A stretch of 63,883 bases of DNA, counting the filler, from Asterionella formosa (lineage: Eukaryota), in the NCBI GenBank assembly GCA_002256025.1. It is 12 parts of 12 records of this genome, joined end to end, with 100 filler letters (N's around TTAATTAATTAA, not from the genome) between each part and the next. Parts side by side here need not be neighbours in the genome. Positions count along the whole stretch, not along the records: positions 33,703 to 57,850 come from NKIB01002293.1; positions 57,951 to 59,422 come from NKIB01002294.1; positions 59,523 to 60,994 come from NKIB01002295.1; positions 61,095 to 62,566 come from NKIB01002296.1; positions 62,667 to 63,883 come from NKIB01002298.1; 7 more parts are not named here. The stretch is one strand, 5' to 3'. Both the position numbers and the translations under genes were made by a program. Below are positions 55,393 to 63,883 of this stretch, in pieces. The number at the start of each line of letters is the position of its first letter. Position 1 is the first letter of the stretch. The notes under the pieces are model-generated. The model was not told the DNA's origin, did not search any database, and saw nothing but the letters and a program-made list of their open reading frames with translations.

Positions 55393-57436
55393 TTTAATTA
55401 GCCAAGAATATAGATTTTGCTTCGCAATGTTGATGAACAATGGAATGGTGACATCATTGTGTGTGGTGTGGTTTTAAATATATGCAAGACATGTGGTAAG
55501 GAACCAAAAGAAGCTACCAGTAGGCTCTAACAAACAAGTGAATAAACCACTTACTGGTTCTAGAGTGGCAATCCTTAATTTAGAAAATCGATTTTATTTT
55601 CCAGAGTACCAAGTATGTTCCAGCATAATATGACCATGAGTAACCGTTATACAAAAAGGTTGAATGGATACTTTTAAAGAAATTTAATTGGCAGAACAAA
55701 CAGTGCCTACATCACTGGTGCTTCTGTTTTAATCTATATTTTGTTTCATAATTGAAGTTTTGACAGAACTATGGGGAAATAGAAGGAAATCTGTTTCATG
55801 CAATGTTGAGCTACAACAATGATTTACAGATTTCAAGCATGCTGTGCATTTGAGTTTCCTGATGCATTCATGCATCACCATTTCACAAAGGGCATCTGAA
55901 TTGGATGTATAGTATAAGTTAATCATTATTCACTGACACTAGTGATACCATCTGAATTTTTTGACTTCGATGATCCCAAGTGATGAGAATGCATCTCCCC
56001 ACACCAAATTCAGGTAAAGACTCCTGTCATATGTAAATGTACCCTCGCTCGCTCCTCATGCTCAGAATCCATTGGGTAGCCTCCTATTTCATGATTTGTA
56101 TTTTGTTTACACATTCTCATTCATAATACTTTGTTTACAGCTTCTTATGGACATCATATAAGAAGCAAAGTGGCTGGCCATCTGCACACTGCCAACAATT
56201 TCCTTAGTTCATTCCACTTGATGAATGTCTTTCGTTTCCTTGAGCCGTGAAGAACAAACACGACGTAGCATCAAACTTTATTGAAAAATGCTCAGCAAGA
56301 CAATATTGTAGGAGCTGTTGCAATTGGTACATTATACAGAGCTTTAGAAAATCGGTCTACTAAACTCATCCAAAATTGAACAAGATTAATTTTTATTGAC
56401 ATGATTGTTGCAGGTGTATCTTCAATCAGCAGGCAAGAATAGGAAATGAGACTACCTAACAGCAACCAGCTACCCTGGTAATGATACCAGTCAAGTTGAT
56501 GACCCCACCAGCAGGTACCCTTGCACATCAAGCTCTTTTTATGTATGAGCTGGACTCGGATCATGCCAGGTCAGCCCTTGCATCACATTTGGCCTTGAGA
56601 CTGAACAATTGTATTCTAATTCTCTATTTTCCTCCCATTTTTTACAGATATTGACAAATTGAAGGATATCTGTCAACAGCCATCAACCAATACCTCTCTC
56701 AAGAATACTATTGAACATGTGGTCAGCATTATCAGGGATGAATATATCAGTAACCAGCTCAAGAAATGCATAGGAGTACAAGAACTTCCATTTTATCTGA
56801 AGATTTTAGATCAGCCAAAACTGGCATCATAATTTTTATAGACATTTGGAATTTCCTATGCAATCTAGCTAAACCATGATAATAGATGACTTCTTCTTCG
56901 CAGCCTGGGCCACTGATGGCACATGTGACTTCTTGGCTCATAGTAGCTATTAACTCTTGATGTGTCCTCATCATCCCTGGTATGTGGCAGTTCACAACTC
57001 TTGATGTCACCACTGTCATTACCATTGTCAGAAACTAGCTACCAATAGTTAAACAAAATTGGGAGAAAGGAATTTTATCTGTTTCTCGTGTAAGAACTAT
57101 TTACAAGGGTGATGAAGGGGTTTAAGGTGTCAACATATCTGTGGTGATATTTTATAGGTATTCACTTTTTATTCGACAGAGAATGCTACCCGTAGTGGAA
57201 GCTATGGCTGGGTGCATGATCGAAGAACATATAGTAGCTCGAGTAGGCCTGGTACAAACCAGTATTTCTAAAAATATAGCTAAATATTTTGTGCGATGAA
57301 TCTCTTGTTGTTACAACCATCACCATGTTGATTGCGCTCGGTTGGTTCCCTTTGCTTCCCTTCAGTGCCTTGTGTTTTGCGATATAGTATTAGAACCGTG
57401 ATCATAGCGCTGACCGGAAACCAAACCGCAAAACAG

Positions 57437-57850
57437 ATGACATCAAACTTTCAGTTGTTTGGACGATTTTTTTCTTTGGTGATGGCGGAGTCATCACTAC
57501 GTGGGCGCTGGATTCCGGCCGACCTCCTCATTCACTACATGAACCAAAAATTCAACATTGGAAGCGACATGCTATTGACTACGCGAACATTGATGACATA
57601 CATGAACAAGTGCTACCCTTCAATGTCCTATGATAACAATAGAATCACCATTCCAAGTGGCACAGTGGTGGACTTCTCTAGAGCCAACTGTCAAGTCAAG
57701 AGCGTCCGCTACAACCTATTCTTCTTTTCTGACCATGTTTCTCCTGCTCCTTTGTTTCCGAAGAACAGTTATGTCGCTTCTTTTCTTAAAAATAGCGTCA
57801 CAAAGCGTCTATTAGGGGGTTCAAGGCAAATTCGAACTGCAGAGGTGATG
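57437..57850 (+). CDS. 5' fragment of an unknown ORF, possibly transposon-encoded, cut by the scaffold end
   Basis: The frame MTSNFQLFGRFF... is open to the linker and lies ~230 bp downstream of a family-B-like terminus at 57203. Confidence 0.4.
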
Positions 57851-58469
57851 NNNNNNNNNNNNNNNNNNNNNNNNNNNNNNNNNNNNNNNNNNNNTTAATT
57901 AATTAANNNNNNNNNNNNNNNNNNNNNNNNNNNNNNNNNNNNNNNNNNNNTACGTAATTTAAAAGTACTATCAAATAATGTTGATTACTAATTCAACAAC
58001 CGGTATTTCACATTACATGGGAAACAAATCTCGATATGCAATCAAACAAAGCTGTTCTATCAGAATGGAATCTTCAGTCTTGAGAAGGCAGGCATTATGA
58101 GACATCTGTAAGGACATTGCAAGACGAGGAGAAGCCATTCATTCAGAAGGGGGAAATTATTCACTCTTGAACAGGCATCATTCTATGAAGTTGCAACATG
58201 AATGCATCCTCACACACTGATTTCCTTCTTGTACTTGAAATGACTTCTTCATTGACCTGCAGAGATTTTCATAATAACAGTGTGTCAGTAATGTATATGA
58301 TAGAAGTAGCAACAGCAGAAAGCAACACACAGTTCATTCCGGACCTCATTGTCCCTGCCTGTTGTCAACAACAATGCGTGAGCTGACAAGCCATACTAGC
58401 ATTTAGGTAAACAACAAGAACACACTCACCATTTAACTGTATTGCAGAGTTCTTTTATTTGAGTCGAGG

Positions 58470-58892
58470 ATTCAATTGACATTGCAGCAAACCCTTTCAT
58501 TTCAGGAGCATTCGGATGAAATACAGGATTGAGTATTGATGCTTTCTGATTCTGTGTTAATGTCATATGATAACAGGGCTCCGTAAATCATGAGTTGTTA
58601 GTGTGCCTTGGCGTGCTGTTTGTCATGCTGCCAGCTGCTGCTGTATTTATAATGAATTATTGAACAACTGGCACATAAAGATTCGCATAGTCATTCAATA
58701 ATTCATTATAAATACAACAGCAGCTGGCAGCATGACAAACAGCACGCCAAGGCACACTAGCTAACAACTCATGATTTACGGAGCCCTGTTATCATATGAC
58801 ATTAACACAGAATCAGAAAGCATCAATACTCAATCCTGGATTTCATCCGAATGCTCCTGAATTGAAAGGTTTTGCTGCAATGTCAATTGAAT
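58470..58892. repeat. Long near-perfect palindrome with ~195-bp arms and a 29-bp loop
   Basis: 58470-58664 is the reverse complement of 58694-58892 with only a few differences. Confidence 0.95.
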
Positions 58893-59266
58893 GTAGAGGA
58901 AGATCAGTGTGAGTTATCAGTAGCATTGCTCATATAGCCGTCAAAATAGCGCGGTAATCTTTCCAGAACAACTTTCATTCCGGACCTCATTGTCCCTGCC
59001 TGTTATCAACAACAATGCGTGAGCTGACAAGCCATACTAGCATTTAGATACACAACAAAAACATGTTAATCTAGCTGCTGAAGAGCCAGTAGGGGGTGAT
59101 TGGCTGTTGGCTGCATTGATTGCTTACTTTTTCATCATGCTAATTTTTGTGTGTGTGGACTCTCCTGCTGTGTGGCAAAACTTCTGGCATGGCCTGGATT
59201 CTCTCGTTGTACCACAACAACGTACTTTCTACCAGAAAAACACCGGCGCGGTCTTGCTAAATGTGA

Positions 59267-59398
59267 TGTACGGTTATGGTGGTACTATGTTTTTCCCTAT
59301 TATTTTCTGTCACAGCTCTGTAGAGGCTGCCATGTATGGTTATGGTGGTACTATGTTTATCCCTATTATTTTCTGTCGCAGCTCTGTAGAGAGGCTGT
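59267..59398. repeat. Two-copy ~65-bp tandem duplication
   Basis: atgta.ggttatggtggtactatgttt.tccctattattttctgtc.cagctctgtagag occurs twice. Confidence 0.85.
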
Positions 59399-60391
59399 GA
59401 AAGTCAAAGCGCTGTGCCCCCCNNNNNNNNNNNNNNNNNNNNNNNNNNNNNNNNNNNNNNNNNNNNTTAATTAATTAANNNNNNNNNNNNNNNNNNNNNN
59501 NNNNNNNNNNNNNNNNNNNNNNGCAAGTGTGTATGAAAGATATCAGTGTGAATGTTTTTGTAAATGTATTGTCTGCACCAATTGAACTGAACAAAACTAC
59601 TGAATGAAGAACAAAAACTACCAAAATTACCAAAACAACAAAAACAACAACATGAAATTCTATCAAGTTCGGTTTGCTCGCTGTGAAATGTTTCCTTAGA
59701 AGACACACTCGATCGTTCAAGTAACAACTGGTTTGGGACCCAGTAACCCCTACGGAGGTACGCCCTCGAGTTCAATTGTCTTCTTCTGGTCTCATCTCAC
59801 AACAGGTAGACCGTTCTAACAAACCAAATGAGGCGGCGAATTACAACAATTTATTATTATAGAGCTAAAGTCTTATGAAGCTTTTCTTTTCGTGGATGAC
59901 TATTTTGTATTATAGCAGGAGGCATAACCTTTTTTTCGGTTATGATATGACAATAACTTTGTCTTATAGAAGCTATAGAACGATTGGAGTTATTTCATTT
60001 CATTTCATTTTATCGGTATCGGTATCGGTAGTCTTGAACGAGAGCATCATCATTGGGTTTTAGGGTTTTAGACAACGAATAAAGTGAACAACACTTGTTG
60101 CGATTCAAGACCTTAGCGACCGTAACTGATTTAAAAACTGGGCACCAACAGGCTTAGTGGCAGGCAACAGGCAACAGTTTCTCACCCGCCGTACCGTGAT
60201 CTCCCAGGGAACCAACGTATAAATTAAATGTTTTCAATAAGAGGGAAAAATCCCCGAAGGCTCTTTTCCAACCAGACATGAGTTTGTTTATGTCAACGTA
60301 ATCTCCAGAGTTCAATGAATCGAGCATGCTTGCCACACCGGACCAGGCGTACAAGTATCGAATAGGCTTTTGATCGGGTAGAAAAGAAAAG

Positions 60392-60478
60392 AAATCAGAT
60401 GAAATCAGATGAGATCAGATGAGATGAAATGAGATCAAATCAGATGAAATGAGATCAAATCAGATCAGATCTGATCTC
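60392..60478. repeat. Pentamer microsatellite (ATCAG/ATGAG/ATGAA)
   Basis: Directly visible. Confidence 0.85.
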
Positions 60479-62666
60479 ACGAAATAATCATCTCGTAATT
60501 AAAATCAAAAATCATCCAATGTTCCAACTTTGAATTACATATTTGTTGAACAGTTGTTGATAGGAGGCACAGTCCTTGGACACTTCGCTACCCGATGATG
60601 GAAATATAATGGAACCATTTTGATGCAGACAATGGACAGTGGATTGTGTGGACACAAAATATCGAGAACTCTCATGGAAGCTTTTTTGCAGAGCTGATGT
60701 GACCGCGGGTGACCGCACGCTCGCGTATTCGACTTTGGTATACTACCAGGTACCGGTAGCATCAGAGCAGCTTCTGTCAAGTCGACAGGACAAGGAGGAG
60801 GAGTTAGCGCAGCAATTTGAGTGAATCGAAGAATTCATGGAAGGATTCAGACTTGTCATTGTATCGTGCATCGAGCATCGAGCATCGAGCATCTTTTGCT
60901 GGTTCAATTTGTCACACCCCGCCGCCATCAAAAGCGCCCTGTGGCTGTGGATTTTTTTTTATGCGCAATTTCAAGTGCGAATGTTGTGCAAAAANNNNNN
61001 NNNNNNNNNNNNNNNNNNNNNNNNNNNNNNNNNNNNNNTTAATTAATTAANNNNNNNNNNNNNNNNNNNNNNNNNNNNNNNNNNNNNNNNNNNNAAGATA
61101 ATATAAACTACACATGTGTTTATGGCCTTAATGAGTACAATTATATGAAAATATATTCGTATATAAATAAAATCATCTGTATTAATCTATTTATCATTGC
61201 TTCACACCTCAAAAATACCAATTTTGTTTAGTTTTTCAAATGTCTTCCCCATCAGAGAACCCAGATAAAATTATAACCAGCTCTGGCTGCACCCAGATAA
61301 AATTACTCAAATCCCGGAATGTACTTACCGGTACCCATATAAGGTAAACCTCGTACTAGTCTACTCTACTGGTACCAGGTATACCTTTTATTACCGCAAG
61401 CGTGATAATACAGTGCCTTGACATACGTGAACAAAAATTACATGCTGGTAACGTGCTCAGTAGTCTATATTTGCCACGGAGTCAGTGAACAAGAAAAGAA
61501 CACAGCCTCAAATCATCGCGACCCTCTTCTTGCTTCACCTTCATACCCTCCACCCTACTACTATACCTTAACCTTGGGCCATGGATAAACTTGGAAATGA
61601 TTTGATAGCTACCGACGGTAGGCTACTAATACTGAGCCCCTTGATTGTAGTACGCAGCACAGTTTCTTTCGTTTCACTTGAGCTTCTCACTTCTCTCCAC
61701 CACCACTTTAATCCTCGTTTCCGCCTGCCGGTTAGTTCATGGTCCGTCTGCCTAACTAACAATAGAGAAGCCATGCATAACAACGCTCTGAAAAAGACAA
61801 TGGGAAAGACTTAACATCAGTGGCAATTTCTAAATGTATCATTCCCTAGTTCTGTTGTTCTCTTGATGGGGTCATCCCGATACACACAGGGTATAGCACC
61901 TTATTACAATGCCAAAAAAATGGCCGTTTGGATGACTCGTTGACTTGGAAGGAATAGTCACCTCTCTTCTGATGGAGCAGCAGCTTAGTCCATAATTTCC
62001 CCTTACTTCCACATTTGGGTCCATTAAATGACGGGATGATTCCTGCACTCTCTCTAAATATTTGTTAAATCGGCTTGCAAATTGCCTAATTTTTGTTTCA
62101 TCCTTGTTCTTTCCCCCTTTATATTCCACCACCTGCAGCCGCTACTATCCCCCCCCCCTTTAATACCCCCAATAGTGCAAAATCATGGTGATCACTACCC
62201 ACACCACCTGCAGCCGCTACTACCCCAGACAAGCCAATCTGACATTGACAAATTCCATCGAGCAAGAAGTTTCTTACCTGGATCATTGACCAACGACCCC
62301 GCCCTCGTGACGTTCACTAGGAATACTGGGCTGACAAAAGGGATCGTTCCATGTGCAGTGGTGGAAATTGTCATTGACTGTGGCAGCGGGAATGGCAGCA
62401 TCAAAGACAATGTTCTGCACCAAAAGGATTCGACATGCTGGGCAAGTAAATTTTTCTTCTCTGCACCATTGCTTGCCAACTGTTGGCAATGAGCTGGATG
62501 ATGTGGATCAACAATCAACAACACCAGTCCGAACCGCTCTTCAGAAAAACGAAGAATTAAGGTGGTNNNNNNNNNNNNNNNNNNNNNNNNNNNNNNNNNN
62601 NNNNNNNNNNTTAATTAATTAANNNNNNNNNNNNNNNNNNNNNNNNNNNNNNNNNNNNNNNNNNNN

Positions 62667-63857
62667 TTGATCTGGACAAGAACCCAGAAAAGGGTAATAA
62701 CAAACCGTTTACATAGTACCAAGGTGATTTTCATCCACTTCATCATTACAGTAACTATGTGCTTATTGTTTATTCCAAAAGATCAGATGAGGAGGAAAAC
62801 AACCATTTTGTGCGTTATCTTTTTGCTATAAATGATGGATTGTATCAAGTCCGTGATCCAGGAAAAGATGCAAGTGTGGATGAACATTATGATCAAGTAT
62901 TTCACCTTGCCCGTAAGTACGGCACTGCATCATCCCTGGATGCACGAAACAATTGGAATTGTTATACACCGATACAGGATATATTCCACAAGAATACCAT
63001 ACACCTGAAGAAGTTGGTTTATCGGAGTCTTTCTATACTGGCACCAAAGCATGGCACCATTGCAGATCATAATGGCCACTGAACATGATTCCATGTTATT
63101 TCAACCAGAAGATGATAGTGGATGGTCATGTGGACCATTTACAATTGTGAAAGTATTGGAAAATCTATTGCAACTAGAAAGGAATGGCAAAACCAAATTT
63201 CTTGGCAACCGGACACAATTCCGTTTGGAGACGGAGTCCTCGAAAGTTTTCAAATGTCAGGTGGTGGTAGCAACTGATCGAACAAACGATTTGTTATCTG
63301 TTACATCTGACCCACCAACCAAGTCAACATACTTTCATCTTGGAACAGTTTGTCCTCAAGTGACAACGACAAACATTCGTGAGGATATGCATGTTTCAGT
63401 TGGAAATAACGGTACTTCAATTTTGTATCGACAAAATTTTGAGCTCCTATTTAGATTTAAAAATGTCGAACGAAGTATTTGGACGACTTCCTTGCAATTC
63501 ATCTTTCAAGAACGATGATGTTGTCAACGTGAAATCCATGATCCAACAAATGAATGAAAAAGTTGCTCCCTTCAGATGGTATAACCATCTACCTCTTGGC
63601 CAAATTTCCGGATGCATCAAAATTGACAAAATTTGAAAAAGTATTTGTAACTGATGATAGCCCTTGTTCTGGAATCAAATTGAAAAAGTTAACAGACTCA
63701 TATCAAACTGCAGTTGAAAAGTGGAGAAGCAAAATTTCGGATGAAACGAGAAGGACCATCTTAGGTTCTTTTGGAGTGATAAAGAACAAATAATGGACCA
63801 TTGGGATCATCCAATTTCATCATTCCTCAGAACATTTTAGTTTGTGAAAACCTTCTA
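62667..63857 (+). pseudogene. Frameshifted Ulp1/C48-like protease-containing transposon gene; paralog of 1-755
   Basis: A candidate catalytic triad is in the expected order across frameshifts: NHFVRY (His), RDPG (Asp), FQPEDDSGWSCGPF (Gln/Cys). Confidence 0.5.
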
Positions 63858-63883
63858 GAAATTTGGCCAAAAGGTGCATGATT

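Noticed and set aside
55700..57100. Decayed coding-like region (similar ones at 14650-15500, 25843-26240, 59523-60994 and 61815-62566)
   Set aside because: Many stops and no recognisable motif, so no product can be assigned.

Overview
Eukaryotic nuclear DNA, almost certainly from a diatom. Supporting signs are short GT-AG introns, a mitochondrion-targeted TPI-GAPDH fusion, a PGRL1 fragment and Copia/Gypsy relics. The window is not one locus. Eleven artificial 100-bp linkers (N44-TTAATTAATTAA-N44) join two ~24.1-kb scaffolds (1574-25742, 33703-57850) and ten ~1.47-kb contigs, so adjacency across linkers carries no biological meaning. Scaffold 1 holds a ~2200-aa unknown protein, a GT17 glycosyltransferase, a small Cys/His protein, a SNF5-like/zf-4CXXC/PHD/bromodomain chromatin reader, and head-to-head GapC2 and TPI-GapC3 genes that share apparent gene-conversion tracts. 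Scaffold 2 holds an unknown gene, V-ATPase subunit E, a TM+PH protein, an ER DnaJ/thioredoxin-like protein, a DOMON copper monooxygenase, an MBOAT acyltransferase and a LITAF protein, interspersed with MITEs. The small contigs are mostly transposon relics (Plavaka-like plus Ulp1-like protease, Copia gag, Gypsy integrase), plus an SdrD-B adhesin-like fragment, a truncated PGRL1 exon and a 420-bp palindrome. The most unusual signal is that non-coding DNA is saturated with TACCGGTA/GGTACC/TAGCTA micro-palindromes. Paralog comparisons inside the window show these as short palindromic indels at TAC/TAG sites, which suggests a recurrent mutational process. All family assignments are from motif recognition by eye, not database searches.
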